Part shown: in pieces, positions 22,494-36,205 of the stretch
Layout: every line of letters begins with the position of its first letter
Position numbering within the stretch: position 1 is the stretch's first letter
Source: Escherichia coli
Lineage (GTDB): Bacteria > Pseudomonadota > Gammaproteobacteria > Enterobacterales > Enterobacteriaceae
Length of the DNA stretch: 64,000 nucleotides
NCBI RefSeq assembly: GCF_044324875.1
Contig: NZ_CP172185.1
Reading direction: 5' to 3' (one strand)
Made by a program: the position numbers and the translations under genes
Notes under the pieces: generated by a model
Seen by the model: the letters and a program-made list of their open reading frames with translations, nothing else
Database searches by the model: none
What the model was told of the DNA's origin: nothing

Positions 22494-23048
22494 CGTCCTG
22501 TGATTGTGCCGGATGCGATGTAATTGAACTGCACCCCAAATGTTGGACATAATCTGACATCTGAAGGTGCAGTTTATGAAACATTCATTTGAAGTAAAAC
22601 TTGCCGCTGTAAATCACTACCTGGCCGGTCATGCAGGCATCATTTCTACGGCAAAACTCTTTCAACTTTCTCACACCAGCCTCTCACACTGGATTAATCT
22701 TTTTCTTCTTCACGGTCCTCGGGCACTGGATTGCAGACACAAGCGTAGCTATTCTCCTGAAGATAAACTTTGCGTGGTTCTTTATGCTCTCGGGCATTCT
22801 GAGTCTCTACCCCGGGTAGCTGCCCGGTTTAACATTCCCAGCCACAACACGGTTAAAAACTGGATAAAAGGCTACCGCAAATCTGGTAATGAGGCCTTTA
22901 TCAGGCGCTGGAAGGAGAAAAGCATGACCCGTTCTGATGATACCCATGAAAACGAGGCAAACATGACGCCGGAAGAGATGAAGAATGAGCTGCGTTATCT
23001 TCGCGCAGAAAATGCATATCTGAAAGCCATGCAGGAGCATCTCCTGGA

Positions 23049-23956
<908 letters not shown>

Positions 23957-23980
23957 AATCATCTATCCGGCATACAGTAA

Positions 23981-24454
23981 CTAATCTCTCAACACCGCTC
24001 CCGGATATCCCAGCTGCCGCCAGGCTTCATACACCACGACCGACACCGCATTGGACAGGTTCATGCTGCGGCTGTCCGGCACCATTGGAATGCGAATTTT
24101 TTGTTCAGCGGGCAGGGCATCGAGAATGCTTGCTGGCAGGCCGCGCGTTTCCGGGCCGAACATCAGATAATCGCCATCCTGATAGCTTACGGCGCTGTGA
24201 GCAGGCGTACCTTTCGTGGTGAGGGCAAACAGGCGCTGGGGATTTTCTGCTTCGAGGAACGCGCGATAGTCATGATGACGCGTAACGGCGGTAAACTCGT
24301 GATAGTCCAGCCCCGCGCGGCGCAGGCGCTTATCGTCCCAGGCAAATCCCATCGGTTCGATGATATGCAGACGAAAGCCGGTATTAGCGCAAAGACGGAT
24401 GATGTTGCCAGTATTTGGCGGAATTTCTGGTTCGTAAAGTACGATGTTTAGCAT
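23981..24454 (-). CDS. trmL: tRNA (cytidine/uridine-2'-O)-methyltransferase, SpoU family
   Basis: 157-aa protein [27 protein letters not shown] matching TrmL/YibK. Confidence 0.92.
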   Translation of the reverse strand: MLNIVLYEPEIPPNTGNIIRLCANTGFRLHIIEPMGFAWDDKRLRRAGLDYHEFTAVTRHHDYRAFLEAENPQRLFALTTKGTPAHSAVSYQDGDYLMFGPETRGLPASILDALPAEQKIRIPMVPDSRSMNLSNAVSVVVYEAWRQLGYPGAVLRD

Positions 24455-24526
24455 ACTGCCCCCTTAGTGCGGGGGCAGGATAGCAGAAAATTGGTGATTG
24501 GTACGGCCTTTTCCCCTCACCCCCAA

Positions 24527-25717
24527 CTATGCCGCATTCCCTTTCGCCATCGGAGCCAGTGCCGCAGGCAACTCTTTACCCAGCCCTTGCACCAGCGAAT
24601 CTTGCGTAATTTCACTGATCGATTTCGCGCCAGTCAGCGTCATTGCCACTTTCATCTCTTTCTCGATTAGATTAAGCAGATTTGCCACGCCCGCCTGGCC
24701 CGCTGTTGCCAGCGCATACAGGAAAGCACGACCCAGCAGTACGGTGTCGGCACCGAGCGCAATCATACGCACGACATCAAGCCCGTTACGAATCCCGCTA
24801 TCCGCCAGAATGGCGATATCACCTTTCACGGCATCCGCAATAGCAGGCAGTGCACGGGCAGAAGAGAGCACACCGTCCAGCTGGCGGCCACCGTGGTTAG
24901 AAACCACAATTCCATCAGCACCAAAACGTACTGCATCGCGCGCATCTTCCGGATCGAGGATCCCTTTGATCACCATCGGGCCATCCCAGAAATCGCGGAT
25001 CCACTCAAGGTCTTTCCATGAGATGGACGGATCGAAATTATTCCCCAGCCAGCCGATGTAATCTTCCAGTCCGGTCGGTTTGCCGAGGTAAGCCGAGATA
25101 TTACCTAAATCATGTGGACGACCGTTCAGGCCCACATCCCACGCCCATTGCGGATGCGTCACCGCCTGTAAGTAACGGCGCATTGCCGCATTTGGGCCGC
25201 TCATACCCGAGTGTGCATCACGGTAACGCGCGCCCGGTGTCGGCATATCCACGGTGAAAACCAGCGTCGAGCAGCCTGCCGCTTTTGCTCGCTCCAGTGC
25301 GTTACGCATAAAGCCGCGATCGCGCAGCACATAAAGCTGGAACCACATCGGACGTTTGATAGCTGGAGCGACTTCTTCAATCGGGCAAACGGAAACCGTC
25401 GAGAGAGTAAACGGAATGCCATGCGCATCCGCCGCTTTGGCAGCCTGAACTTCGCCACGACGCGCATACATGCCACACAAACCCACCGGAGCCAGCGCCA
25501 CCGGCATCGACAATTTCTCATTAAACAGCGTCGTTTCCAGGCTTAAGTCAGACATGTTTTTCAGAATACGCTGGCGCAGCGCCACTTCTGACAAATCTTC
25601 CACGTTGCGGCGCAGCGTGTATTCAGAATATGCACCCCCATCCATATAGTGGAACAGGAACGGCGGCAGAATGCGTTGTGCTGCGGCGCGATAATCGCTG
25701 GCTGCGGAAATAATCAT
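24527..25717 (-). CDS. lldD: L-lactate dehydrogenase (FMN-dependent)
   Basis: 396-aa sequence matching LldD. Confidence 0.95.
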
Positions 25718-26490
25718 GCGTTTTTCTCCCTCGAATGCTCATTATGGTCACCAGGCAGGCGGGTAATGCGTGCATGGCGAGCTTGATCTTCATCGAATCG
25801 TTTCATGGTAGTGTGAACAAAGCTAAGGTGCGCCATCATTGCTTTACGCGCCCCGTCAGCATCACCGGCAAAAATGGCGTCAATGACTGCCTGATGTTGT
25901 TCGGTCAGCTGTGAAAAAACCGGGGGTACCAGATACATCCGCTGGCGGCTATGCTTCACAGAGGATTGCAGGACATCGAAGAAACCGCGCATGGTTTGCA
26001 GCAGCACGATGTTATGTGAGGCTTCGGCAATCGCCAGATGAAAACGAACGTCCGCTTGTGAGGCGAGATCCGGGTCTTCACTTAGCGTTGCTTCAAAGCA
26101 AAGCTGAATTTTCTCTTTTTCGCCTGGTGTGGCGCGCATTGCCGCATGCCACGCGGTGCTGGCTTCAATGGCGTAGCGGGCTTCCAGAATATCGAAACTG
26201 TAATCCGGATCATCGGCCATCAGCGTTTTCAGCGGCTGGACGATGTTTTGCTCCGACCATGTGTCATGACGCCAGCGAATAAACGTCCCGCCGCCGCGTC
26301 GACTAAGCAGCACGCCTTCGCTCACCAGTTTTGCCAGCGCCTCGCGCAGTGAATTACGCGATACGCCGAGTTGCATCGCCAGTTGACGTTCAGCGGGCAA
26401 CTTCATGCCCGCCTCCAGGTTTTTTTCATCAATCAGCGCCCGCACACGATCGGCAACCTCGTCTGACAGGCGTCTGGGTAAAACAATCAT
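25714..26490 (-). CDS. lldR: GntR-family regulator of the lld operon
   Basis: Trimmed to [11 protein letters not shown] (258 aa); overlaps lldD start. Confidence 0.9.
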
Positions 26491-28145
26491 TAAGGAATCA
26501 TCCACGTTAAGACATAAGCCTGAAGCGTGGTGATCACGCCCACCATACAGGTGAAGATCAGGCTGTGTTTGACGGTAAAGCGGAACAGATCTGACTCTTT
26601 GCCTACCAGGCCTACCGCCGCACAGGCGATAGCGATAGATTGCGGAGAGATCATCTTACCGGTGACACCACCGGTGGTGTTGGCGGCAACCAACAACAGG
26701 TCAGAAACGCCAATTTGTTGTGCTGCAGTGGCTTGCAGGGCGGCGAACAGGGCGTTAGATGAGGTATCCGATCCGGTCAGGAAGACACCAAGCCAGCCGA
26801 GGAACGGCGAGAAGAAGGTGAATGCATGGCCGGTGTGCGCCAGTGCCAGCGCCAGCGTTGATGATAGTCCGGAATAGTTCGAGATAAAGGCGAACGCCAG
26901 CACCATACCGATGGAGTAGATAGGCAGAGCCAGTTCTTTCAGCGTGCTGCCGAAGGTGCTGATAGCGTCAGATGGTTTCATCTTCAGCCAGACAATCGAG
27001 AGCAGGGCAGCAAAAAGAATGGCGGTACCGGTGGCAGAGAACCAGTCGAACTTAAACACGGCGGCATACGCTGTCGCTTCGCTGACCACTGGCGGCATAC
27101 GGGCAACCAGTTTATCGAGGTACGGCACCGGAATATTGATCACCCATTCATACAGCGCACCACCCGAAGCGAACAGGGCTTTAAACGGTGGAATACTCCA
27201 CAGCGTTACGGTGGCGGTCAGGAACAGGAACGGTGTCCAGGCGCGAAGCACCTGACCTGCGGTGTAACCGGTGTGAGCCAGCGTCATATCAACCTGTGAC
27301 GCCCCCAAGTCACCGAAGCGGAATACGCGCACTGGTTGCCAGCGTTTGAGGAACAGCGTCAGGCAGAGCAGTGATACCAGCGAAGAGATAATGTCTGGCA
27401 GTTCCGGCCCAATGAAGTTAGAGCTGAGGTATTGAGCAATGGCAAACGAACCACCTGCAACCACGACCGCAGGCCACGTCTCTTTGATACCGCGCCAACC
27501 GTCCATAATCGCCATGATCCAGAACAGCACGATAATGGTCATAAACGGCAGCTGACGCCCCACCATCTGACCAATCTCAAAGCTGTCGATGCCTGTTACC
27601 TGCCCGGCGACCAGAATCGGAATACCCATCGCGCCAAATGCCACTGGCGCGGTGTTAACAATCAGGCACAGTCCGGCGGCGTACAGTGGTTTAAAGCCCA
27701 GACCGACCAGTAATGCGGCGGTAATTGCTACCGGTGCGCCAAAGCCTGCGGCTCCTTCAAGGAAAGCGCCGAAACAGAAACCGACGATCAGCATTTGCAG
27801 GCGCTGGTCAGGGGTTATCGAAAGAATAGACGAGCGGATGATGTCAAACTGCCCGGTTTTCACCGAGATCTTATAGACGAACACTGCCGCAATAATGATC
27901 CACGCGATGGGCCACAAACCGTAGAAGAAGCCATAAATCACCGAGGCCAGCGCGTTAGCGACCGGCATTTTATAGAACAGCAAAGCCACGGCAAGGGCGA
28001 TTGCCACCGTCCATGAGGCGGCGACATAACCTTTGAGTTTGAGCTTAATCAGCGCAAAGAAGAAAAACAGGATGGGAAGCGATGCTATCAGGCTGGAAAG
28101 CCAGATATTCCCGGCGGGATCGTAGTTTTGTTGCCAGAGATTCAT
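26490..28145 (-). CDS. lldP: L-lactate permease
   Basis: Trimmed to [10 protein letters not shown] (551 aa); polytopic LctP-family transporter. Confidence 0.93.
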   Translation of the reverse strand: MNLWQQNYDPAGNIWLSSLIASLPILFFFFALIKLKLKGYVAASWTVAIALAVALLFYKMPVANALASVIYGFFYGLWPIAWIIIAAVFVYKISVKTGQFDIIRSSILSITPDQRLQMLIVGFCFGAFLEGAAGFGAPVAITAALLVGLGFKPLYAAGLCLIVNTAPVAFGAMGIPILVAGQVTGIDSFEIGQMVGRQLPFMTIIVLFWIMAIMDGWRGIKETWPAVVVAGGSFAIAQYLSSNFIGPELPDIISSLVSLLCLTLFLKRWQPVRVFRFGDLGASQVDMTLAHTGYTAGQVLRAWTPFLFLTATVTLWSIPPFKALFASGGALYEWVINIPVPYLDKLVARMPPVVSEATAYAAVFKFDWFSATGTAILFAALLSIVWLKMKPSDAISTFGSTLKELALPIYSIGMVLAFAFISNYSGLSSTLALALAHTGHAFTFFSPFLGWLGVFLTGSDTSSNALFAALQATAAQQIGVSDLLLVAANTTGGVTGKMISPQSIAIACAAVGLVGKESDLFRFTVKHSLIFTCMVGVITTLQAYVLTWMIP

Positions 28146-28220
28146 TGCAGGTCTCCTGGAGTCCACGCACATCGTGTAATGAGTCTGATGCTCATCTCCT
28201 TGTCACACGTTGTGTAAAAG

Positions 28221-28234
28221 TGGTACTGCCAATT
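28221..28234. promoter_or_regulatory. Candidate LldR operator half-site pair in the lldP upstream region
   Basis: tggtactgccaatt, a TGGT-N-CCA type motif about 80 bp upstream of lldP ATG. Confidence 0.3.
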
Positions 28235-28344
28235 GTGTTGTGTAGGGATAATGACAATGAATGGTTAACTAAATGTTATGCATTGGCAACATTGATGTGA
28301 GTTTTAATTGGAGATCTGTGAACCAGAGGTCAGATAAGCGAAGA

Positions 28345-28359
28345 ATTGGTAGGGCCAAT
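28345..28359. promoter_or_regulatory. Candidate LldR operator (perfect inverted repeat)
   Basis: attggtagggccaat: ATTGG-N5-CCAAT palindrome about 200 bp upstream of lldP ATG. Confidence 0.4.
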
Positions 28360-28382
28360 CTTGGTGGAGGGAGATGTCTGGT

Positions 28383-28418
28383 AAAGAAAAGGGCAATCCT
28401 CATCAGAGAATTGCCCTT
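28383..28418 (-). terminator. Intrinsic terminator of the adhesin gene
   Basis: On the minus strand, stem gggcaat/attgccc followed by a T-run, about 25 bp after the stop. Confidence 0.7.
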
Positions 28419-28441
28419 AGTCACACTAAGTTAATGGATCA

Positions 28442-31400
28442 TTACCACTGAATACCGGCACCGAGTGCGGCGGAGTATTCACCCTGGCTATTGGTACTAC
28501 CTTGTAATTTGTAGACCCAACGACCATTGGCGCTCACCATCGACACACCTAAAGCAACAGCCGATTCACCATTGTAAGTACCGCCACCAATAGAGGCCAT
28601 GCTGGCACCTGGAGTGTAAGCCTGCGGCAGACCGGTCATTGCCATTGCAGAAGCGATACCACCGCTCAACTTGCTTTCGGTTTTGGACAGTTTGTTATCC
28701 ATCTCAACCATCCGCTGATCGGTGTATTGCTTCGTTTCCTGCACGCTTTGCTTCAACTGCGCATAGTTCACTGCGTCGTTGTTGTTGACGCCAGCAGAGA
28801 CGTTGCTGATGCGAGTCGTACCGCCATTACCACCACCGAGAGTGATGTTGCTGTAGTCTATAGAACCATCAGCTTTGGTGTCGTAACGAACGCCGCCTGC
28901 CTCAGAAGACTTCAGCTGCGAAACGTTAACCGCATCGGTGGCATTAACACCTGCAGCAACGTTGGTGATACGACGCTGGTTGGTAGAAGAACCCACAGAG
29001 ATGGTGTTTTCTTCGTTGGCCACGGAACCGGTACCCAGCGCGACGCTGTTGTCAGCGGCAGCAATGGAACCAGAACCAATTGCAACACTGTCTTTACCCT
29101 GCGCGTTGGCATCTACGCCATCGGTGTTGGTCTTGAAGTATTTGGTGCTACCGGTGGTTACGATATCGCCAATGCCGTTTTCGATATTGGTAACGCGAGT
29201 ATCCAGATTCGTCACCTGATTGTTCAGGTTAGTAATGCTCTGGGTATTCTGGGAAACCTGCGCGTCCGTTACTTTCAACTGACCCACGTTAACCGCATCG
29301 GTATCAGCCGAACCAGCCGCGACGTTGGTGATCTGACGTTGACCGTCTTCACTGCCGACAGAGAACTCACCCACAGAGTTCTGCGGTGCGTCCATGTTGT
29401 AGGCGGCGTAGCCAGTTTGAGCACCACGAGTCGTCTGTGAGCCATTACCCATAGCAATGCTGTTTGCATGGTTTGCACGCGCGTTGCTACCGATAGCAAT
29501 GCCATTAAGTGCATTCGCGTCCACGTAGGCACCATAACCGATACCAATACCCGCATTACCATTAACGATAGTTTTCGCGCCCATTGCTAGCGAGTCTTCA
29601 CCTACTGCCAGTGAATCTTCTTCCGTTGAGTTGGCGTGGAAGTATTTGGTCGGCGTGGTAGCGACTGCACCAATGGCATTTTGCAACTGGCGAACCGTAA
29701 CGGCGTCATGGGCTTCGGAACCATCGGCTACGTTGATGATTTGACGATATTTACCGTCATCACCAATAGACAACGCACCAAGTAGTTCGCCATCCGTGGT
29801 GTCATAACCAATCACAACACCTTCTTCCGACACGCTGGTGTCACGAGAACCTTTAACTATTACACGGCTGGAAACGGAACTGCTACCCAGGGCGATACCC
29901 GTATCAACGGAGCTGCTGCTACCTTGACCAATGGCTACGCTGCTTTCGCCTGAGGCGACAGCGTTATAACCCACAGCCGTAGCGCCAATACCTGAAGCGC
30001 TGGCATCGTTGAACGCTAAGCCGTTGTCGTTGGTACGTACATAGTTAATGTCCGCACCGTTATCTTCGATGTAGGTTTCGCTGGTGTTACCGGCAAGCTG
30101 ATTGATGATTTCGCTGTTCTGCTGGATCAGCATATTGGTGTTAAACAGCTGAGAACCGTTGATGGCGTCAGTGCTGCCTTCGCCAATGTTACCATCAGCA
30201 ACATTTGTGATGATGCTGGCCTTGCCGTCATGGCTGGCGTTGTAGGCACCTGCGCCGTCATTGGCTGTTGCATCCCACAGCAGAGCGTTATCGTCGAGCG
30301 CATCCAGGGCGTCACCGACGTTGTTGTACTCGGCATTTGCAATGGTGTAACTCGGCGCAGTGATAGTGCCATCAGCGTTGACTTCTGCGTCACCACCCAG
30401 CGCATCAGCGATGTACTTGTTGGTGGTATACAGTTGTGAACCGTTAATGGCATCGCTGCTGGTGGAGGAAATTGCACCGTTAGCGACGTTAGTGATTACA
30501 CTGGCTGTTTTATCTTTTCCGTGAGCGGCGCTAAATGCACCATTACCATCATTGGCTGTGGCATCCCACAGCAGGGCGTCATCCAGCGTGGTATCGATCG
30601 CTTCCAGCGCGTCACCGACGTTGCTGTAACTGCCGCCAGCGATGGCATAAGTCGGTGCGGTGATTGTGCCGTCAGCATTGACTTCTGCGTCACCACCCAG
30701 AGTATCGGCAATGTACTTGCTGGTGTCATAGAGCTGTGAGCCGTTAATAGCGTCGCTGCTGGTAGAGGAAATTGCACCGTCTGCAACATTAGTAATGATG
30801 CTGGCCGTGTTATCTTTTCCGCGACCGGCGCTAAACGCACCGTCACCGCCCTTGGCGGTCGCATCCCAGAGTAGGGCGTCACCCAGTGATGTGCTAAATG
30901 ACGTGTTAATGGCAGCCAGAGCATCACCGACGTTATTGTAGTCAGTACCACCAATAGTGTAGGTTGGCCCGGTTAATACACCCGCATCACTGATATCAGC
31001 ACCACCGCCAAGGTATGACGTAAATGAATCAGCTAAGCCATAAAGTTGTGAGCCATTAATGGCGTCAGTGCTATCAGAGGATACCGTGCCTGCCAGTAAG
31101 TTGGTGATTTTGCTGTCAGTACCGTTGGTGCCGTGTTTGGCACTGAATGCACCCGCCGTAGCGTTCCACAGCAGGGAATCGTCACCGAGACTGTCAACAG
31201 CGTCAGTCAGGTTGGTGATGTTGGTGGTGTTCGTGGCGATATTGGTGGTGTTGGTTGCCACGGCATCGTTAGTGGTTTTCAGCTGAGAGCCGTTTACCGC
31301 GTCAGTGCTGCCAGCCGTCAGGTCACCGTCTTTGACGTTGGTGATTTTGCTGGTGGCTTCGGTACCGTGCGCGGCGCTGAATGCACCCGCCGTAGCGTTC

Positions 31401-33466
31401 CACAGCAGGGAATCGTCACCGAGACTGTCAACAGCGTCAGTCAGGTTGGTGATGTTGGTGGTATTCGTGGCGATATTGGTGGTGTTGGCTGCTACGGCAT
31501 CGTTAGTGGTTTTCAGCTGAGAGCCGTTTACCGCGTCAGTGCTGCCAGCCGTCAGGTCACCGTCTTTGACGTTAGTGATTTTGCTGGTGGCATCAGTACC
31601 GTGCGCGGCACTGAATGCCCCCGCAGTAGCGTTCCACAGCAGTGAATCGTCACCGAGACTGTCAACAGCGTCAGTCAGGTTGGTGATGTTAGTGGTGTTC
31701 GTGGCGATATTGGTGGTGTTGGCTGCCACGGCATCGTTAGTGGTTTTGAGCTGAGAGCCGTTAACCGCGTCGGTGCTGCCAGCCGTCAGGTCACCGTCTT
31801 TGACGTTGGTGATTTTGCTGGTGGCATCAGTACCGTGCGCGGCACTGAACGCGGTGCCATTCCACAGCAGGGCATCGTCTTTAAGGTCGTCAACGGAATC
31901 CGTCAGGGTATTGATACTGTTAGTGTTGGTGGTGATATTGGCAGTATTGGTCGCTACGTTATCGTTGGTGGTTTTCAGCTGAGAACCGTTAACCGCATCC
32001 TTACTGGTATCAGAAATAGCGCCGTCTTTAACGTTGGTGATGGTACTGGTAGTATCTGTACCATGTGCCGCACTATATGCCTTTTTAAGGGAGTCCCATT
32101 GTAACGTATTATTGTCCAGGCCCGTTAAGGCGTCGCCAACAGTGCCGAAAATACCACTTTTCAGCCTGTAATTTGGGGAAGTAACGACGCCTTGCGCATT
32201 GACGGTAGCCCCCCCACCAAGATTGTCCGCTACTGACTTACTGATAGCATAAAGCTGTGATCCATTGATGGCATCAGTACTGGTAGTGCTGATATCACCT
32301 GCTGCCATATTGACAATTTGTCGCTGAGCTGTTGTGTTACCCACAGAAACAGTATCCGCGTCAGTCGCTACAGAACCAGCACCCAGAGCAACTGAATTTT
32401 TCCCTTGAGCACTGGCTTGAGCACCAATTGCAGTGCCATTTTCTAAACCGGCATAACTGCCTTGTCCAAGAGCAATAGCATTTACACCACCTGTAATACT
32501 ACCATTACCCAGCGCGATAGCATTTGCGCCGTCAGCTTTATTCCCTTGACCGATGGCAATTGCGCCAGCCGCTACTGCCTGACTTTGATTGCCCAGAGCA
32601 ATCGTGTTGTCGACATCTGCAATACTGCCGGAGCCCAACGCGATACTATTAAGTCCATTTGCCTCCGCGTTAGTACCAACTGCCGTCGCATTTTCAGCAG
32701 CTTTGCTCTCTGCACCCATAGCAATCGCGTTTGCGGCGCTGGCGGCGGATTGTCTGCCGAATGCGAGGCTGTCTACGCCAGCTGCAGCACTGTTGCGGCC
32801 TACTGCAATCGCGTTAGCTGCAGATGCGGCGCTACTTGCACCCAGCGCCATTGCATATTCTTTCGACGCATTAGCCGTGGCTCCGAGGGCGATACTCATA
32901 ATTCCTAAGGCCTTGCTTTCACGTCCAAATGCGATGGCGTCATCAGCACCAGTCTCTGCGTAATCCCCTTGTGCAATAGAAAATTCACCTGTTGAGTTTG
33001 CATAACGACCAAGTGCGATTGAAAATCCACCCGTTGACGTTGCCGATGCACCTATAGCGAGGCTTCGCTCACCTGCTGAGGTAGTGTTAATCCCTAACGC
33101 CACTGATGCTTCGCCAAGCGAATGGGTCTTAGCGCCGAGGGCTGTTGACCACCTTCCGTCAGCAGTTGCGTGATAACCTACTGCGGTGCTGGAGCCACCC
33201 CCGGTGTCTGTAAAACTATTTGCTTTTACATCTTCACCGATAGCAACCCAGCCTGTTCCTGTTCCCTGGCCATAATTGACGCCCTGACCGTTGTCCCTTC
33301 CTGCCTGAGCCTGTACCCCAAACGACGACAACATTCCCCCAGCAACCAGAGCAGAAATTAACAGCTTACTGCGCCCGGATTTCTTGCCACGGCTCTTCGC
33401 CGTTTCGCTGGCAACGGTGTAACTGCCCGTCGCCGGATTCCAGATAACTTTAAATATTTTGTTCAT
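28442..33466 (-). CDS. Trimeric autotransporter adhesin, YadA-like (UpaG/EhaG/SadA family)
   Basis: 1674 aa; N-terminal extended signal peptide [21 protein letters not shown]; long repetitive stalk with INGSQL-type motifs; C-terminal anchor ending GIQW. Confidence 0.9.
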   Translation of the reverse strand: MNKIFKVIWNPATGSYTVASETAKSRGKKSGRSKLLISALVAGGMLSSFGVQAQAGRDNGQGVNYGQGTGTGWVAIGEDVKANSFTDTGGGSSTAVGYHATADGRWSTALGAKTHSLGEASVALGINTTSAGERSLAIGASATSTGGFSIALGRYANSTGEFSIAQGDYAETGADDAIAFGRESKALGIMSIALGATANASKEYAMALGASSAASAANAIAVGRNSAAAGVDSLAFGRQSAASAANAIAMGAESKAAENATAVGTNAEANGLNSIALGSGSIADVDNTIALGNQSQAVAAGAIAIGQGNKADGANAIALGNGSITGGVNAIALGQGSYAGLENGTAIGAQASAQGKNSVALGAGSVATDADTVSVGNTTAQRQIVNMAAGDISTTSTDAINGSQLYAISKSVADNLGGGATVNAQGVVTSPNYRLKSGIFGTVGDALTGLDNNTLQWDSLKKAYSAAHGTDTTSTITNVKDGAISDTSKDAVNGSQLKTTNDNVATNTANITTNTNSINTLTDSVDDLKDDALLWNGTAFSAAHGTDATSKITNVKDGDLTAGSTDAVNGSQLKTTNDAVAANTTNIATNTTNITNLTDAVDSLGDDSLLWNATAGAFSAAHGTDATSKITNVKDGDLTAGSTDAVNGSQLKTTNDAVAANTTNIATNTTNITNLTDAVDSLGDDSLLWNATAGAFSAAHGTEATSKITNVKDGDLTAGSTDAVNGSQLKTTNDAVATNTTNIATNTTNITNLTDAVDSLGDDSLLWNATAGAFSAKHGTNGTDSKITNLLAGTVSSDSTDAINGSQLYGLADSFTSYLGGGADISDAGVLTGPTYTIGGTDYNNVGDALAAINTSFSTSLGDALLWDATAKGGDGAFSAGRGKDNTASIITNVADGAISSTSSDAINGSQLYDTSKYIADTLGGDAEVNADGTITAPTYAIAGGSYSNVGDALEAIDTTLDDALLWDATANDGNGAFSAAHGKDKTASVITNVANGAISSTSSDAINGSQLYTTNKYIADALGGDAEVNADGTITAPSYTIANAEYNNVGDALDALDDNALLWDATANDGAGAYNASHDGKASIITNVADGNIGEGSTDAINGSQLFNTNMLIQQNSEIINQLAGNTSETYIEDNGADINYVRTNDNGLAFNDASASGIGATAVGYNAVASGESSVAIGQGSSSSVDTGIALGSSSVSSRVIVKGSRDTSVSEEGVVIGYDTTDGELLGALSIGDDGKYRQIINVADGSEAHDAVTVRQLQNAIGAVATTPTKYFHANSTEEDSLAVGEDSLAMGAKTIVNGNAGIGIGYGAYVDANALNGIAIGSNARANHANSIAMGNGSQTTRGAQTGYAAYNMDAPQNSVGEFSVGSEDGQRQITNVAAGSADTDAVNVGQLKVTDAQVSQNTQSITNLNNQVTNLDTRVTNIENGIGDIVTTGSTKYFKTNTDGVDANAQGKDSVAIGSGSIAAADNSVALGTGSVANEENTISVGSSTNQRRITNVAAGVNATDAVNVSQLKSSEAGGVRYDTKADGSIDYSNITLGGGNGGTTRISNVSAGVNNNDAVNYAQLKQSVQETKQYTDQRMVEMDNKLSKTESKLSGGIASAMAMTGLPQAYTPGASMASIGGGTYNGESAVALGVSMVSANGRWVYKLQGSTNSQGEYSAALGAGIQW
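30140..32300. repeat. Tandem intragenic repeat array in the adhesin stalk
   Basis: Roughly 300-bp degenerate units from about 30147, then three near-identical 234-bp copies (motif at 31153, 31387, 31621) and a diverged fourth. Confidence 0.85.
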
Positions 33467-33509
33467 TATTGATGCTCTCTATTCCTTGATATAAGCGCAG
33501 AAGCTGCAT

Positions 33510-34193
33510 TTATTTTTTGTTTTTTCGCTGCCGAGTTTCAGCAGGTTGAACAGTGTCGAACTGGAGATTGTCCATATTGATGGACAACTTCAGATACTTC
33601 AGGTTATTAGGCGAAACGCCTTTTAATGTCAGATTAATGTCTTGCCATTGGCCAGGCATTAATTGCAGAGTGGAATTCATGGTGGTGTTGAAAAGTAATT
33701 GTTGCCACTTTGCCAGAGCTTTGGCATCGGTGGGTCTTTCATTGCCCCATGTCGCATGAAAGCCAATATTTGATACGGGAACGCTTAAAAGGTTAACCAG
33801 CGAAATACGAATAACACTGCCATTTTCAACCGCATCAATAGCCAGCACCCGGCCTGCCAAACCGACCGATCCGTTATTTAAAATGAAATATTGTGTTTGT
33901 GCTGGGTTAAATTCTGTAAAGACAAATTCGTCCTGCTTGTCTTTAACCGCTTTCACCACGCCAGCGAGCGTCTTGGTACTATTTATGACAGTAGTTTGTT
34001 GTTTTTCAAAATGTTCTATCTTTCGCTTATCGAGTTCCTGCTGTTTCTCAAGCGCCTCAATTTTGCTTTTTTGCAACTCTTGCTGTGTAACGAGGTCGTC
34101 GACCTTACTCGCTTTTTCAATATAGTCACACCCTGCCAATAAGCAGAGAGGCACTATTATTAACACGCTTAACAGTGTTTTCTTTAGGTTCAT
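33510..34193 (-). CDS. Coiled-coil lipoprotein, SadB-like putative adhesin biogenesis helper
   Basis: 227 aa; signal peptide with LLAGC lipobox; Q/E/K-rich coiled-coil segment; stop 43 bp upstream of the adhesin start on the same strand. Confidence 0.65.
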   Translation of the reverse strand: MNLKKTLLSVLIIVPLCLLAGCDYIEKASKVDDLVTQQELQKSKIEALEKQQELDKRKIEHFEKQQTTVINSTKTLAGVVKAVKDKQDEFVFTEFNPAQTQYFILNNGSVGLAGRVLAIDAVENGSVIRISLVNLLSVPVSNIGFHATWGNERPTDAKALAKWQQLLFNTTMNSTLQLMPGQWQDINLTLKGVSPNNLKYLKLSINMDNLQFDTVQPAETRQRKNKK

Positions 34194-34750
34194 AGGATGA
34201 ATTCCTTTTCATAATCCCGATACAGTTGATAATTACGGCACAATCATTTTTTTATGAATGATTAGAGTGGAGCATATCCGACAAATAAATTTGTTAGAGA
34301 ATTTTTGTATTAATTGGTTGTGCGAATATGTTATTAAGTGTCAAACAATTTCGGTTTGTGGCCAATAATATTAATCGCGCGGATTTTAATGATCGGTGTC
34401 AATCAATGTCAAATGTTTCACCGGATAAAGATATAGCGGAGGGAAAGGTAAATATTCAGTTGAGTGATGTTTTATTGCGAAGTTTGCGATGCTGATAGAA
34501 AAATTTAAATAATTAATTATGTTTCAAGCATTGATATGCGGTAATTCATTGTTGATATTGATACATCATTATTTAATTTGTACCTGCTTTTCAGAATTTA
34601 GCCTGCTCCGAGCGCTCAGAAGTGTAGGTGGAGTTGAATATATAATGTTAAGAACGTTACAAATATTCGATCTCTGAAACAGGCTCCTGCATGTGCCAGC
34701 AGGAGCGAGTAAATCGTGAGTGGCTGTAATTACAGCGACGAGAAAGGAAC

Positions 34751-35113
34751 TTAAAACGCAGTCTTAGAGAACCCTGTCATCTCTTGCAGGCCCATTTCGC
34801 GGCCCAGCGCGGTCATTGGGTGCACAACGACCAGTCCGCGAACGCTCTTCTTCAGTTTGCCCATATCAGCTTGCTCTTTTTTAGTAATCGCGCGCTGGAA
34901 CGGCATCTTCATCAGCTTCTGTGCTTCCTTACTGAGTTTCTGGCTGTGAACTTCGCGCAGGCGAGCAATTTCTGCTTCCAGAGTGGCTTTCTCTTTTTCC
35001 AGTTCAGCATATTTGTCTGCGGCTTCAACCAGCGACAGATCGGCCTGCTGGTGGCGGATGGCGTCCAGACGATCGCTGAGACGTTTGATTTCGTTTTTTT
35101 CGACTTCTTTCAT
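34751..35113 (-). CDS. yibL: YibL family ribosome-associated protein
   Basis: 120-aa sequence matching YibL. Confidence 0.85.
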
Positions 35114-35396
35114 GTGATGGCTTCTGATAAAGATAAATTTATAGCCCCTAGTATGCGCGACCAGGTGCTTTATTCACAACTGATGACATTGCAATAGTTC
35201 TATAACGTAAACATTAACATGCTTAAAAACTACGCAATTTATTGATTAATTAAGAAATTTAAAGAAAAAAGATAGTTAACAAAAGCGGATGATTATTGAG
35301 GATTGAGCACGTTTTCCTTAATGTCATTTATACCGGGATCTAAACTAAAATTGGCGGCCGCGCATTCCCGGCGCGGGGTTATACGGAGATATCATC

Positions 35397-35606
35397 ATGG
35401 GCAAATTAGGTGAAAACGTTCCGCTTCTTATCGATAAAGCCGTAGATTTCATGGCATCGAGCCAGGCGTTCCGGGAGTATCTGAAAAAACTACCTCCCCG
35501 TAACGCGATTCCGTCCGGAATACCTGATGAAAGCGTGCCGTTATATCTACAACGTCTGGAGTATTATCGTCGGCTTTATCGGCCGAAGCAGGTAGAGGGG
35601 CAGTAA
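35397..35606 (+). CDS. yibT: Small protein YibT
   Basis: 69-aa ORF at the conserved position between yibL and mtlR. Confidence 0.7.
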
Positions 35607-35617
35607 GCAGGCGTTGC

Positions 35618-36205
35618 TTACTTTTGGAAGGCTTTTTTTAAGCTGATTTTGGAAATCAGCTCTGTCAGTGAAAGGACCATTGTTGATCGCACAGCCTGTT
35701 GGTAACGCTGAATTTGCATTGCATACAAACTGGAGTCTGCAGGTTCAAACTGTGGCGGCGGTGGTAACGCCGCCACGCAATGCAGTTCACCAAAGGGTCC
35801 AAGGATTTCGTCGTCGGTAAACGCGTACTCGTTGCCGTCGTGATTTAGCTCTTCACGCAATGCCATCAGTAGCTCCGCATCTTCGTATTCCTGGCGGTTA
35901 ATGACGCCCAACCCGTAAATGAGTTTTAAACGCACAGAAAGATCGCCCAGCGGACCGTCGCCGTCGAGTAACGGTTCTACAGCATACTTCACCGCGTAAT
36001 CGTCTTTGCGGAATACCTGAAGCACCAGAAGATTTACCGCCTCGGTCAAAAGCTCGACGGCGGTGATCAGAAAGCTTCGCACGGTTTTGCCAGCATTCAG
36101 ACGCTCAAGCACACGGTTTTCAAAGGCCTGGGTTTGTTCCATTGTTGCCTGCATATCTGACAATCTGTTATTCGGGCGCAGGGTATCCTGCGCCTGGTCC
36201 ACCAT
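35618..36205 (-). CDS. mtlR: Mannitol operon repressor
   Basis: 195-aa protein immediately downstream of mtlD. Confidence 0.88.
   Translation of the reverse strand: MVDQAQDTLRPNNRLSDMQATMEQTQAFENRVLERLNAGKTVRSFLITAVELLTEAVNLLVLQVFRKDDYAVKYAVEPLLDGDGPLGDLSVRLKLIYGLGVINRQEYEDAELLMALREELNHDGNEYAFTDDEILGPFGELHCVAALPPPPQFEPADSSLYAMQIQRYQQAVRSTMVLSLTELISKISLKKAFQK

Noticed and set aside
31059-31982. Four near-identical about 70-aa plus-strand ORFs with hydrophobic sequences
   Set aside because: They are antisense reflections of the 234-bp tandem repeats in the adhesin gene, not independent genes.
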